Source of the DNA: Mustelus asterias
Taxonomy: Eukaryota
Reading direction: 5' to 3'
Assembly: GCF_964213995.1 (NCBI RefSeq)
Contig: NC_135821.1
Location: 73,036,001 to 73,100,000 of the forward strand
Length of the DNA stretch: 64,000 bases
In this document: positions 40,112-54,638 of the stretch, in pieces
How the letters are laid out: every line of letters starts with the position of its first letter
How positions within the stretch are numbered: position 1 is the stretch's first letter
Position numbers and translations under genes: made by a program
Notes under the pieces: model-generated
The model's input: the letters and a program-made list of their open reading frames with translations, nothing else
Database searches by the model: none
What the model was told of the DNA's origin: nothing

Positions 40112-43100
40112 TTTTTTTTAATCCTGAAGTTTGTCAGCTAAAGGTCAATTCCTCGTGACCAATGATTAATTTGAGGCTTGTCGTCAGATTATTACTTACA
40201 GTAAATATCTTCCCAATTAAGCCACTGAATTCAAGTCTCCATCTTCACGATGTTGATTTTTCCAAATCAAACCCCAACCGCTAAAACTTGTTTAAGATTT
40301 CTCAACCATAATTCCAAACTCTTTCACTCAGCAAGCAACAAAAAGCTCCTTTAGACAGTTCCTGAGAGAATTAATGGCATCACAGAAGCCACTTGAAAAG
40401 ATTGTTTCAACACATTCTGCTTTACAATAAAAATTGTTACAAACCCACAAAAGCTTGAGTGCCAACATTTCTGTGCCATTTTACTTTTGTTTGTACTGGC
40501 TATAATCTTGTTCCACTACACTCAGCAGTAAAGCGACTAGAATAAAGTTCAGAAGCTTTGAAATGAAAACCAGAGACTGGTGCAGGCTGATTAGCATCTT
40601 AGAAAGAGGAACATAAGTTTGTGATCCAGGTGTTACCTTGCCTGACGACAGGTAACACACAAATGTTAACCCACCTTTCTTTCTCCGTGATGCAAACTGA
40701 TCCGCTGTGTATGACTAACACGTTCTGTTTTTATATCAGATTTCTAGCCTTCGGAAGCTATGAAGCCCAATTGCTACAAGATTAATGCCGTGACCATGGC
40801 AATGCCATCACACACTAAACCCAGGCCAGACTGCATACCCCACACTCCTCCATCTGTCTGAGCCTGTTGCTATGTCTATTTTCACTCTATTGCGCCCCCA
40901 CCCGACCCCTTCCACTATCTTTGTCCTGTTCATTTTCCCTACTTACAAAAAGCAAAAATAACCAGCAAATGTCCTGCCACAAAGCAAGACTCTAGGGGTC
41001 AGCATTGTCAAGAGTAAGGTCAGTAATGATGCAGAACTGCATTAATTCCAACATACTATTCAGATTCACACAACTTCCCGCTGTATCTGGGGAGGAAAAA
41101 TTGAGTTGTATTAATTGATTTCAGGGAAGGTTATAAACCAGTGTCAAGAGCAGGATACAAAGCACATTAGTGCTCTAAACTCCAAGCGCTACCTGTCTAT
41201 GAAACGTACCCATTTAAGCTATGCACAATGCAAGGTCAGATTTACTAAGGGAATGTGAGAAGGAAAACAAGTGTGGCCGAGAGAGAAACTACCTTCTCAA
41301 AACAAGCCCTGGGTGCTCAGTTTGGGATATTGGCCTTCAACTGGGCTCCTCTGGACACCAGACTGGAAACTGGAAAAATGTTATTAATAAAAGACATTTT
41401 CAAAAATTACATAAGCTCAAGACATGAGAGATACATGCACAAGCGCACCAGTAACTGCAGTGAAAAAGATGCTTTCCAGCTCCATTTCACGATTCTGAGA
41501 CAGAGTCCAGAGGTAAGGTATTTTCAATTGGGGAGGGTGCTTAGAAAACAGCTAGATTCTGGCCAGAACTGCCAGATATATAATGCCCATTAAAAATAGT
41601 GGATTCTTCAGCAACCTCCAGTCAGAGCAGAAAGCAGAGAGGCAGACATGCATTTCCAGCAACCAAGTTCACTAGCCACTAGCACCCTGCTTGCCACGAG
41701 TTTCATATTTAGCATACATTGGCAAGAGGATTTTACTTTTATCTTGAATGTTTAGAATTCCAAATGATAGTTCCCTTTTATCACTATTTTCCTTCTGTCG
41801 GTATTCTTAAAAAAATCAACACCAATTATGCTCAAACACATTTTTCCTTACAACTGTAAAATGGTTAAACATCGAAACCTCTAGAGGCTTTTAAACCCCA
41901 AGCTTCAAGACACTTCATGGCTATTTTCTGATTTACTTTATTTCATCTTTTATTCCCCGCAATGGGAACTTTGGCCTGACACCACAGTTTGTCAATTTAA
42001 AACAGAAGTTGAGAACTGAAGTGCATCATGCAAAGCTGAACCTAAAAATTAACAGGCCAGTTATGCTGTTATGGTCATTTTTACTCCCTCCCACCGCTTC
42101 ATTCATAAGTCTCCAAAGTAGCTCCTGCAATTAGGTCACCAGCACAAAGTGTAGAATGTTCGGAAGGTTGAGATGCAGAGCTGAATCGATATTACAATTT
42201 ATAACAACTGAGAACTTAAATGTCCAGACTTCGCACAGACACAGTTAAGTCAAGATGCTTCTTGGTGAATCATTCTCAACACAGCCACTCAAATAGTCCA
42301 ACCATCACCTAACAAAACTGGAGATCTCCAGTAGTTATATCACCCAAGTTTTGGAGAACAAAAGTTACAATGGAGTTTTTCCCCCCCCCCAACAGATGTA
42401 GATACTAGGTTCTGTATCCCCACCCGTATCCTTGGATATCCTAGTAACAGCACTGGGTGCACAGAAAGTTTTCTCCCATCTACACACAAGATTGTGAACT
42501 CTCTATATGTAGAAAACTGCAGTGCAGTCTTTTGGACTTGCTGTCTTTTCTGATGTGTAGGCAGACAAAACTGAAGACACCCAACTGGATTTTGCTCCCA
42601 CCATTAATAAAACCTCGATAATTTATCTTATAAAGGAACTGCCTGTGTCACACAGATTGAAAAGGGGCCAGGTACAATTCCTGGCCTCATCTGATCTCAC
42701 TACAACTCCCGTCAGCAGCTGTGGACCAGAAACAGGAGCCAGAAGCAGATCCTGAATCCCAATCTTCTTTAATGCATACTGACCAGATTCAGCTGGGAAG
42801 AGTCAAACTGGAGTAGGGGCAAGTTTGGACCTGGTTGCGATGCCTCCAGTGACATACCCAATTTACACTTGCTAGCTAGCCTTGAAAAAGGTTATCACAG
42901 CTGGCTCTCATTGTCACCAAGCTGCATTACTTTATTCACCAAATTTTAACCCAGAACAGACTGGACATTCACATGTGGCATAAATGGTCCAAAATAGAAC
43001 GAGGACAATGAATTACTCTGAATATTCAGAATAAAATCCACCTCGCCAACCTCAACAGAGGGCCATCAAGTTAGTATAAACTTTAGTCCATGAAAATCTC

Positions 43101-44162
43101 TCGTCCTACTATTTTCTGACATTCTGATCCAAACTGAATGCAGTTTCTGCTAGTGTACCAAGTGCACTCAAGTTATTTTTGGCAAGGTATCCGTACCAAT
43201 GCCCTTATCTGATTCCACCGGTATCCTGCTCGACAGTCAATATCTCTCCAGAAGCATTAACAAAGAAACAGCAAATGATATGTAGATCTGATTTATGATC
43301 AGGAAAGCATTAGGATTTGTCAAGAGATTTTTTAAAAACATAATTCTGGAAAGAAATTATTTGATCCAAATAATAATCCAATTCCAAACAGCTTATAACC
43401 ACAACACTTCACAGTAAACAGTGATCTAAACAGGAATTGTCCGATTGGGGAATTAGCAAGAACATTTTACCTGCCAATTACCTTTAAAGGAGACAATTTC
43501 ATGACCTCTGAAGCAAAGGATAAACAGGGAGGGGGATTTGCACAAAATCTTGCCAGCAATAGGTCTAATGATTTTTTTTTTTAAATGAGTGAAGTTTAGT
43601 AGCAGTCACATACCACTCATTTTCAAGCAATGTCTCTCTCGTGCTTTACTGGTTTGACACCAGTACCTCCACAAGCAGCAGAGAGTGGGTAACAAGGGTC
43701 TAAGCAAAGTGGAGTCCTTTGCATGCAATCGCTTGCTCACTGGTGTTCCAATGTTTGCGATAGTTCGCCCTTTTCTGACAAGTTAATCCACACCCCCCCT
43801 CACTGAGTTAATACCTTTAGAGGGGGCAGTGTTATGGGAATCAAATTCCCTCTTCTACTCCACGTGCAAATTTATACTGTGTAGGCAGGCTATTTAATGA
43901 CAAGACATCACATGCCACAGCAAACTCAAGAACTAGATAGCATCCAGCATCTACACCAACGTGCACACACTTCCCACAGTGGTCACTGGACGGGGGCAGC
44001 AGCCACAGCAGGGCCTTGGCCAATTTCCCATTTTCTTCTTCCTACCTCAAGAGAGCAGAGGCGAATTGTGGTGACTCTACCACCAGACTTGGCCAACCCA
44101 GCACAGATCAGGGATTGAGTTTAGGATGCGGGTGTGCACTCAAGAGTTTTTCCAAATAGGAA

Positions 44163-44498
44163 AGCATGATAGCATAGTGGTTAGCACTGCTGCTTCACAG
44201 CTCCAGGGTCCCGGGTTCGATTCCCAGCTCGGGCCACTGTCTGTGTGGAGTTTGCACATTCTCCTCGTGTCTGCGTGGGTTTCCTCCGGGTGCTCCGGTT
44301 TCCTCCCACAGTCCAAAGATGTGCGGGTTAGGTTGATTGGCCAGGTTAAAAATTGCCCCTTAGAGTCCTGATGCGTAGGTTACAGGGACTAGCGGGTAAA
44401 TATGTGGGGGTAGGGCCTGGGTGGGATTGTGGTCGGTGCAGACTCGATGGGCCGAATGGCCTCCTTCTGCACTGTAGGGTTTCTATTCTATTCTATTT
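44163..44498 (+). mobile_element. V-SINE (HE1-like)
   Basis: Head, core and tail match the other copies. Confidence 0.92.
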
Positions 44499-45017
44499 CA
44501 TGATTGGTGACTTCCTCTCAGTAAACAGTAGGCTGCCCTCTCAACTTTTCATCAACCCTAGAAGATTGGGAATAAGTGAGTGCCGAGGAGCACATCAGTG
44601 AACAAAAGAGAGTTCTTTGCCCTGAAGTGTCAATGCATCCCAATACTGATTAAGTCGACCTGAAAAACGCACTCTGAGGGAATTGGCACCATTAGCAACA
44701 TTCTGACTGGAGTAAATAAGACTCAAAATGGTGGGCATTTTCATCATGTTCTTCAGTCACTGGCTCCTACAATTGACGGCCACAATGTAAGCTAAATTTC
44801 TCTTTGTATCAATGCATTGGTAACATGTTTAGCAAGAATTTCATAGTATAATCAATCCAGGACATCCAGCAGTTGTTTTCTTTGAAGACCAGTGCAAACA
44901 GAGAAAACGCATAGCTAGATAACTCAATCACAATGTACCATGTTTCTTTCATGAATTCTCAACTATCTGACCAGAAAAGAAGCCCAAGTTCCTAATCGGG
45001 CATTTAAGACGATTAGA

Positions 45018-45870
45018 CTTTAAGACATAGGAGCAGAATTAGGCCACTCAGCCCATCGAGTCTGCTCTGCCATTCATTCATGCCTGATTTTCTTCTCATC
45101 TCCATTCTCCTGCCTTTTCCCCATAACCCCTGATCCCCTTATTAAGCATGAATCTATCTATCTGTGTCTTAAAGACTTGGCCTCCACAGCCTTCTGTGGC
45201 AAAGAGTTCCACAGATTCACCACTCTCTGGCTGAAGAAATTCCTCCTCATCTCTGTTTTAAAGGATCGTCCTTTTAGTCTGAGGTTATGCCCTCTGGTTC
45301 TCGTTTTTCCCACTAGTGGAAACATCCACTCCACGTCCACTCTATCCAGGCCTCGTAGTATCCTGTAAGTTTCAATAAGGTCCCCCCTCATCTTCTGAAC
45401 TCCGACGAGTACAGACCCAGAGTCCTCAACCGTTCTTCATACAACAAGCTCTTCATTCCAGGGATCATTCTTGTGAACCTCCTCTGGACCCCCTCCAAGG
45501 CCAGCACATCCTTCCTTAGATATGGGTCCAAAACTGCTCACAATACTCCAAATGGGATCTGACCAGAACCTTATACAGCCTCATAAGTACACCCCTGCTC
45601 TTGTATTCTAGCCCTCTCGACACGAATGCTAATATTGCATTTGCCTTCCTAACTGCTGACTGAACCTGCACGTTAACCTTGAGAAGCTTGGACAATGACT
45701 CCCAAAGTCCCTTTGTGCTTTTGATTTCCTAAGCATTTTCCCATTTAAACAATAGTCTATGCCTCCATCCCTCCTTCCAAAGTGCATAACCTCACACTTT
45801 TCCACATTATATTCCATCTGCCACTTCTTTGCCCACTCTCCTAATCTGTCCAAGTCCTTCTGCAGCCCCC
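45018..45870 (-). mobile_element. CR1 LINE 3' fragment
   Basis: Encodes LQKDLDRLGEWAKKWQMEYNVEKCEVMHFG and MRGDLIETYRIL...WNSLP. Confidence 0.92.
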
Positions 45871-48145
45871 CCCCCCGCTTCCTCAATACTTCCTCAATAT
45901 TCCCCAATGATTAATGGGCCACTTGATTGAAAGAACGAGTTTGATCGGATTTACTTGCAAATGGAATTAAAGAAACAAATCCAACAGTTTACATGGTTAT
46001 TAACAAATGCTTGCATTCAATTTTCACCCACTGGAATCACCGATTTTACACCGACTCCAATCTATCGGTGCAAAAGCCAGATATAAAAGCGCTGTTGTTA
46101 ATATACAGGTGAAGAAATCACGATTTCCCTGATAGCTCAGTTGGCAAAGCCGGAGATAATACTACCAACTGGGCTCAGCAAACCTGGTTTGATTTCTGGG
46201 AGTGGGATAACAAGAGGTTTGTCAAACCTGTCAATAACAATCACTATCCATTCCCTACTCGAGCTTACTGACCGAGTACTTCAGGTGTGACTAGTATTAG
46301 ATTTGACTTAATTTCACTGCAAATCCCACCTCCACATTTCTAGAAACACCTAGAGACATTCACCATAAGGAACCACCCACACGGGGGGCCATTTGTGTGA
46401 GACACGGGCATGTACCTGACATACCACATCAAGCAGCAACATATCCAAATCCCCACAGGAGGATAAGCAAAAACTTGGCCGAAATAAAAATACATTTTCA
46501 AAGCGGTGCTAAATGCTGTCCAAACATAAATGAGTGGCTTCCTTCATTAACATTAGATCTGTTTTATCTGGCTCAGATCCTACTGTTGCTGCAACACCTC
46601 ACAGTACACAAGATATTATTATACTGAATTTGAAATACGCCTGCTTGGAATCACAAACAGCATCTTAAGTTCTCAAGATTCACAACTTCATTTCAATGAA
46701 AAGCAACTACTTGTATCATGAAATTAGACGCCATAATGTGGGGGGGGGGGAAAAACAGGACTTGACCATCGTTCATTCATCTATTCGGTTATCAAAGCAG
46801 TAGCATTTCAATCCCCAAAGCCAGTTACAGGCACAATCTACCTGCACTTGCAATTCAGTCAAAACTTGAGATTGCTGTCTCTTCAGCTATTCGCTGCAAC
46901 CAGCCCTCACTTGGCACACAACCAGTGGCAAGTTACAGCACAGGAGGCCGCCATTCGGCCTTTCTTGTCCATGCCAGCCCGAAAACGCACAGGCCCTTTC
47001 TAATCCCACCTTCCTGCACCCAGCCCATAGCCCTGTAGCTTGTAGCACTTAAGGTGCAGATGCAGGCACTTTATGAAAAGAGTTTAGGGTCTCTGCCTCC
47101 ACCATCAACTTGGGCAGCGAATTCCAGACACCCTTTGCGTAACCTGTCTGATAATCTAAAGAAAATGTCAGATCAGGCCAAAGTTCCTTGCTTTTCTCAA
47201 TGAGGTAGAAAACCATTAAGCAAACAAACTTGCCAGTATTTACACAAGTCCAACAAGTCTATCTAATTAAACGTTATATACATTGCATGCCTTACTGCAT
47301 GTATTAAATCCGCACCAGAAAAAAATAGTCAAGTTTTTCCCTTCATCTCAAATAAGCATCTTAAACATACTGATTTGCTCAAGCTTATTTCACAGGTCCC
47401 TCAGAAAAGGACCCACTTGAAAGACAGCAAGTTCAAATAACCACTGCATCTGATTTTTTTTATATATAAAAGTGCTCCTGCCTCTACAGCTCTGATCCAG
47501 CTGAATATACAGCTATATTAATGTTCACTCGATAAGCCATTATAATCCCTCTTTTAAAAAATTATAAAGTCACCAATATTTTTGGTGGCGAATGAAAAAG
47601 TATTAAATCTCTGTTCATAAATAACCTCCGCCAGAATGACAGAACAATATATCCAAATTGTTTATGGGGGAAACTTGCTTTCAACTAAGTTGGAATACCT
47701 TGATTGTCAATTGGACTTTTCCTACTCAGTATTTACACAAAATTAGTGTACCTATTTTATAAACCCAATTTCTTATGCCAAATCCCCTGAAGGTACTGAT
47801 TTCTGATGAGGCGCCACACTTGCTGGAGGGTATCCTCCAGCATCTCAGTTGAGTGGCCATTTTGGGTCAGTGTGGTCTGGCAATGAGTTTCATTTAACAA
47901 CTTCAAAGTGCAGTTCCCAACAGTGATCAGCAAATAACAAACCAAGTGCGGGAATTCCAGCTGATTTCTTCACCCTAACTTAGGGTAGCCAAGATCAATT
48001 ATCAATCAATTGGGCCTCAAGATTACATAACACAGCATGTCAAGAATGGAAATCGACACCTCTGACTTTATACTGGCTAACGGTAGTAAGCTGTCAAGAG
48101 AGTTAAATACACAATGTTATATATTCACGTACATCAGTAGTTTGA

Positions 48146-48565
48146 CAGGGAGACCCCCCCATGACAGAGGAAAACACTACATGAGGAAGAGAGGTTGTTT
48201 TGCCTTTCAACTAGTGTGTAAAAAACACAATTTTGTTTATTTCCACGCAGTCCAAGACCGCCATCCTTATTGAGACTATACATGATTAGCAGCAGTTAAT
48301 ATCACTGAATAGATCCCCAAGACCCGTCCAAAGAATAAATCCCCCAAAGAGTTGGCCTAGGCTTCATGATACAGACAAGTAGCAAACAAACGGGTGCATC
48401 CAGACACAATTGAGCAGTGTTCATCATATATGACTATTTCTGTAAAAAATGGCGGTCTTGGACTGAGTGGAAAAGAAACAAAATTATGTCTTTTACACAT
48501 TAGTTGAAAGGCAAACAACCTCTCTTCCTCATGTATTGTTTTCCTCTGTTATGGTGGTCTCCCTG
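48146..48565. mobile_element. Non-autonomous DNA transposon (MITE) with ~120-bp TIRs
   Basis: CAGGGAGACC...tccaagaccgccat (48146-48264) is mirrored by atggcggtcttgga...GGTCTCCCTG (48449-48565), followed by TA. Confidence 0.8.
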
Positions 48566-51500
48566 TAAGGGTTCCTAAAAACGTGGTCAAAGAAAGCAAG
48601 CTAGAGAGATTTAGAGGACGAATTCCTCTGTCAACCTAGGCAATGAGAGTCAGTGGCATATTAAGGCATCACAGGTGAGCCCAATCCTGTTTTCAACTGA
48701 GGTAAAGTACACACTTTCTGCACAAGTTATTCAATATCAATTAGTGGCAAGAATCCTGGCACTTTTCCCTGCCTTCACCTAGGGACACTCAAGTCAACTA
48801 AATTATTTAACCTCAGAATTTAAAAAAAAAGCCCAAGGCACAAACCAGATGAAGGAGCAATGGAGAAAATGTGGACGGGAATTCAGAAATGAAGACGCAT
48901 AAGGTTGAATAAGGAAGATTTGCTGCAGAGATAGGGAAGACATAACCAAGATTCCAGGGAAAAGATCAAAAGCAATGCATATACATCACTTGCGCTGAAA
49001 ATCTGTTAGTGTGGAACAACAGAGGAAACATAGGACCAGTAGACCATTTAGACCCCCGCTACCTCATGCAACAAAATTATGGCCAAATCGAGTCCTAACT
49101 CAGCATAACACACTTTTGAGAAACAAACAGACCACAATATACTACAAAATTCTGATCCAAAAGAACCCCGTTCCTAACAAAAGGAAACAGTACGTTAAAT
49201 GACTGTTTATTCATTTCATATCCAGCTGAAGAAAATAAGCCCAGACTTCACAGTCTGCAAGCTGCTCCAGTAATACTTGTTTCTCCAGCATCAACCCTCT
49301 GCAGAGTCTGGTGGATCAACTAATCATTCAGTTCTGTGAAATGACTCAGTTCAATCCACATTTTTCCCTGGGGTTACGGAGTTCTTGGCTACTTAGTCGA
49401 GTTTACTCCTTTGATATTCTGCTTGTAGAGCTCTCTGGAAAAAACACATGAAAATAGAATGCAAAAGTGCTGCTACAGTAAAGGAATTTTTTTTAAAGTC
49501 CTGTTTCTCTTTTAAAAAGTCGTCACTAATGATTATGAGTTTCTACTGAGACACATTTATTTACACAGAAGGCTGCTGAAGACGGAATATTTTGAAACAG
49601 GAAGTGGTTTCGGCAGAAGCCATTGCATCCTTTACAGGAAAAATAAATATTAGAAGCAGAGGAAAATAGAGAGCGAGACACTGCGATTAATTTTTGCATT
49701 GCTCTGGCGATACAGGCAAGAGGTCCAAGGGCCTCCTTCTGAACTGTTCTGGAATACACACGAGCCATGAAGAAAAAAGCTTTGGTGTCTCAATGGTTGG
49801 ACATGCTTATCCAGTGAGTAGCAGTTTAATTCTTAGAAATAATTTTTCCTTTTAGTTTTTTCAATGGTTTAGTTTTATTTTTATAGCCTTCTGAACAAAA
49901 ATGACCAATTTAGTATGATCTCTTGTCCTTAATTCTAGTCAAAGGATAAGGCTACAACATTTCCAACATTTGTGCCATGATTTTTTTACAAATCTGTTAC
50001 TACAAAATTGGCGACACTGCATTTGCCCATCCCTAGTCTTCCAGAGGTGGTGACAATGAGCGCTCCCAAACCACTGCAGTCCCAGTGGTGATGGTACTCC
50101 TCCCATAATGACGTTAGCTAGGGAATTCCAAGGCAGCAATTGCTTTTTAACCAAGTCACTTGCAAATACATTTCAGAAGGCATTAAAAGACAATGGGTAG
50201 ACCAGATTTCCTTTCCCACAGGACATCAGTGAACCAGTGGGATTTCTTACAACCCTGCTGCTTTCATGGTCTAGTCCAGTAACCAAGCTGGATTCGCAAT
50301 CTAATTGTAGACATTGGTCACAATTGCTTTCAGCATGGATATAATTTTAATTTCAATCTCAACACCTCAAAAATTAGTTCTCAAATTTGAATTTTACAGT
50401 ACGAAATATCTATAACTTGCACATTTAGAACACCTTTGACATAAGGAAATAAACAACCACATTTCTTATGACACAACATGACAAGAATGAGTACCAACCC
50501 AAAGGAGACCAAAGGCTGGTTAAAGAGGTGGGCTTTAAGAAGGGTCTTAAAGAGGGAGATGGAGGGCTCGAATGGTTTAGAAAGAGAAGCCCAAAGGTGG
50601 TGCAACAGCCAAGTTAAGTGATGGATGCAAAACAGGAGTTAAGGAAGGTCTGTCTATAAGGAGGGAGTTCTAACTAAGGCAGGAGGGCACTAGAGACAAG
50701 TGAGGAGCAGGGCCTGGAAGAGAACAAAGCACAGGGATGAGAATTTTATAATTCGAGACACTGGAGAAGCAAAGCTGATGGCCAGCAAGGACAGTCCGGA
50801 ACAATGTGCAGGGTATGATACAGCAAAGAGAGTTTCAAATGAACTGATGTTTTCAGGACTCTAGATGGGGGATATGGGAGGAGGCCAGTCAATAAAAAAT
50901 ATCTAGAGTTAAGAATCTACTGATGACCACGAAACCATTGTCGACAGCTGGGGAAAATCCATCTGGTTCACCAACGTCCTTGAGGAAAGGAAATCTGCCG
51001 TCCTTACCTGGTCTGGCCTACATGATTCCAGAGCCACAGCAATGTGGTTGACTCTCAACTGCCCTCTGAAATGGCCTAGCAAGCCACTCAGCTTCAAGGG
51101 CAACTAGGAGTGAGCAATAAACACTGGTCAGCCAGCGACGCCCATGTCACATGAATGAAAAAAAAAGGAAGCGATGGGATAGTGATGCCCGGAGGTGACA
51201 AAGATCACCCACTTAGTTCCATTCTCCTACCCTCTGTCTATGCTTTTTAGTTTTTTCTTTTCTCCCCAAACGTTTGAAATTTACTCTTCATTTTAATGTT
51301 TGTGAACAAAAAGTATTAATTTTAGGCACCAACTATGCTAATTTTAAATGGATAACAATATTGATGAATAGCTAGACCCGGGAAGCCCTAGGTTTGATCC
51401 CAAGTCCGGGATTTTGCCAGTCCCAGCACAGGGCACAAGTGGTTCAGTGTCAATGGATTGGGATGAGGAGGTGGGAATTGGCGGGATTCCTGCTCCAGTT

Positions 51501-51825
51501 CAGCAGCATGAAATGTACGGAAGAAATGCACATGCTTGAACGTCAAGTGAAAGCCAACTCAAACCCAAGCCCCAAAGATTGAATCGCATCCCAATTTTAT
51601 AGCCAAGGCCTTTCGGAAAGAATGGGAGCAGAAAGAAAACTGCTTAGAAAAACTAGAAGGAAAACAAACCTTTACCTTAAGGAATTCTCTACATACCTTG
51701 AAACTGAGATGACAGGCAATGTGCAACCAAAGTGTTTTTAGGTAAGTTGAGAAAAATAGATGAGTACAAGTCTCAAGTGAATTAAAACTGAAGTGACAGA
51801 TGACCAGTTTAAAATAAAACAAAAT

Positions 51826-52525
51826 GAGACGCAAAAGCCCAGTCTGCAGGTACAACAGGTGATCAAGAAGGCAAATGGGATGTTGGCCTATATTGCGAGG
51901 GGGATAGAATATAAAAGCAGGGATGTCTTGATGCACCTGTACAGGGCATTGGTGAGGCCGCAGCTGGAATACTGTGTGCAGTATTGGTCCCCTTATATGA
52001 GGAAGGATATATTGGCATTGGAGGGAGGGCAGAGAAGGTTCACCAGGTTGATACCGGAGATGAGGGGTTTGGATTATGAGGAGAGGCTGAGGAGATTGGG
52101 TTTGTACTCGTTGGAGTTTAGAAGGATGAGGGGGGATCTTATGGAGACTTATAAGATAATGCGGGGGCTGGATAGGGTGGAGGCAGAGAGATTCTTTCCA
52201 CTTAGTAAGGAAGTTAAAACTAGAGGACACAGCCTCAAAATAAAGGGGGGTCGGTTTAAGACAGAGTTGAGGAGGAACTTCTTCTCCCAGAGGGTGGTGA
52301 ATCTCTGGAATTCTCTGCCCACTGAGGTGGTGGAGGCTACCTCGCTGAATATGTTTAAAGCGCAGATGGATGGATTCCTGAGCGGTAAGGGAATTAAGGG
52401 TTATGGGGATCAGGCGGGTAAGTGGTACTGATCCACGTCAGATCAGCCATGATCTTATTGAATGGCGGGGCAGGCTCGAGGGGCTAGATGGCCTACTCCT
52501 GCTCCTATTTCTTATGTTCTTATGT
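51826..52525 (+). mobile_element. CR1 LINE 3' fragment (young, open frame)
   Basis: Encodes KKANGMLAYI...LYRALVRPQLEYCVQYWSP...WNSLP and ends in a ttcttatgttcttatg tail. Confidence 0.93.
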
Positions 52526-52804
52526 AAAATAACTTAGTACTTCAGTGTTTGAAGACACTCCATGCATATGTATTTTAATTCTCAGCTGCCTCCCACCTCC
52601 ATGTTACAGCATGAAAACACTAACACACTGAACCTTCGACAATGCTGATATAAACATATCTTCCAAAATATTCAGTGATATCCTTGCCATCTGGTGCTTT
52701 CCACAGATAAGTTTTTTTTAAAGTATAAAACATCAAAAATGCTCAGTTGAACTTCAGTGAGTGACTTGGAAATTAAAATGCCTCAACACTATTTAAACGA
52801 TACT

Positions 52805-53122
52805 GGGCGGCACTGTGGTTAGCACTGCTGCCTCACAGCGCCAGGGACCCGGGTTCAATTCCAGCCTCGGGTCACTGACCGTGCGGATTCTGCACGTCCT
52901 CCCCGTGTCTGTGTGGGTTTCCTCCGGGTGCTCCGGTTTCCTCCCACAGTCCAAAGATGTGCGGGTTAGGTCGATTGGCCATGCTAAATTGACCCGAGTG
53001 TCAGGGGGATTAGTAGGGTAAATGAGGGTAATAGGAATAGGGCCTGGGTGGGATTATGGTCGGTACAGACTCGATGGGTCGAATGGCCTCCTTCTGCACT
53101 GTAAGGGTTCTACGATTCTATG
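52805..53122 (+). mobile_element. V-SINE (HE1-like)
   Basis: Head, core and tail match the other copies. Confidence 0.92.
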
Positions 53123-53340
53123 AAAGCAGTGAAGTGCAAAAACTTGTACATTAGTTGCAACAATCCTGTAAATTACTTTACTTTCCCACTAAAATGGGAC
53201 GAATTACATTTGAAATTTTCTTACCAAAATTCTAGGGGTCTCAGAATGTGAAATGTCAATCACCAACTTCCATTTTTTTTGTTTGGAATTCTCTGTCACT
53301 TCCTCCTCTGGAGGCAGCAGCTACTTGGTCCCAGCAGAGC

Positions 53341-53390
53341 CAACAACTTTATTGTCCAATGGGCCTCAACAACTTTATTGTCCAATGGGC
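53341..53390. repeat. Short tandem duplication (26-bp period)
   Basis: caacaactttattgtccaatgggc occurs twice. Confidence 0.9.
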
Positions 53391-53671
53391 ATGTGTAAAT
53401 TTAGGACAGCAGACACTGCAGCTCTGTCTCATGGAATCCTGAATGAGCTGCCTCCTTCCCTTCCCCCAATGCTGGGCTTCCCCCCTCCAGGTCAGAAACC
53501 AAACAAGGTATATGCCAGGTCTTTACTGAGCCAAGACAAAGTCCAACTGTAGACATTGCACTCAGGGTTTTCCACTTCTGTGTTCCCCAGGATCAAATTT
53601 TAAGCTGGCGGATACAGAAGTGAAAAGTTATTTTGTTTTCTAAAAGCCTCCTCCAAAAACTAGTTTGTAGA

Positions 53672-53890
53672 AACAGAAAATGCTGGAAAACCTCAGCAGG
53701 CCTGGCAACATGCGTGTGAAGAGAGACAGAGTTAACGTTTGGAATCCGTATGACTTCTTCACGGACTCAAAACGTTTACCCTGATTCTCTCTCCACAGAT
53801 GTTGCCAGACCGGCTGGGTTTTTCCAGCATTTCCTGCTTTTATTTCAGATTTCCAGCATCCACAGTATTTTGCTTTTAATTGCTTTTAAT
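53672..53890 (+). mobile_element. Palindromic Penelope-end-like insertion (family B)
   Basis: Same arms as 28424-28645. TSD TAGTTTGTAGA at 53661-53671 and 53891-53901. Partial copies at ~876-970, 21628-21800, 23300-23400, 28050-28130 and 40560-40750. Confidence 0.75.
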
Positions 53891-54126
53891 TAGTTTGTAG
53901 AGATAGACGGGAAGAGTGGGAGAGGTGTTCAGAATTATGAGGGACCTGGATAATGGGGAAAAAACCATTCCCATTGGTGGAAGGATTGAGAACAGAGAGC
54001 GCACAGCTTTAAGGTAATTGTCAAAAGAAGCAATAGAGATAAGAGGAGTGAGTTTTTCACGCAGCCAGTGGTTCAGATCTGGACTGCACTGCCAATATCG
54101 GTGTGGTGGAAGCCGGTTGAATTGAT

Positions 54127-54377
54127 AGCACGGTGGCACAGTGGTTAGCACTGCTGCCTCACAGCGACAGGGACCCGGGTTCGATTCCCGGCTTGTCTGC
54201 GTGGGTTTCCTCCGATGTGTGGGTTAGGTGGCTTGGCCTTGCTAAATTGTTTCCCTTAGTTTCAGGAGGATTAGCTAGGGTAAATTGCATGGGGTTATGG
54301 GGATAGGGCCTGGGTGGGATTGTGGTCGGTGCAGACTCAATGGGCTGAATGGCCTCCTGCACTGAAGAGATTCTATG
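54127..54377 (+). mobile_element. Internally deleted V-SINE inserted in an old CR1 3' end (~53900-54545)
   Basis: Head and tail are present but core blocks are missing. The CR1-like sequence resumes after it. Confidence 0.8.
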
Positions 54378-54638
54378 AAAATTAAGCTATTCCAGAGGGA
54401 ATTCGATTATCTGAAAAGGAAGAATATGAACAGTTATGGGGAGAAGGCATGGAAATAGCACTAGGTGCATTGCTCATTTGAAGAGCCAGTGCAGGCACAA
54501 TGGGCTGAATGGCCCCCGCCTGTGCTGTAACAATTGTGATTCCGCAAAGACAGCCCCCTACATACTACCTCGTAACACGGGTAAATGCCTGTGTTTAGAT
54601 CACAGCTGAGTACTACAATTGACCGCAGAAAAGTTATC

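Noticed and set aside
46124-46207. tRNA-like sequence (gatagctcagttggc...ggtttgatt)
   Set aside because: There is no clean cloverleaf and the B box is degenerate. It is more likely an old SINE head.
49526-49768. 80-aa minus ORF as an alternative PUM1 exon
   Set aside because: It has no Pumilio similarity or convincing splice sites. At most it is an enhancer-like patch with ETS and forkhead motifs.
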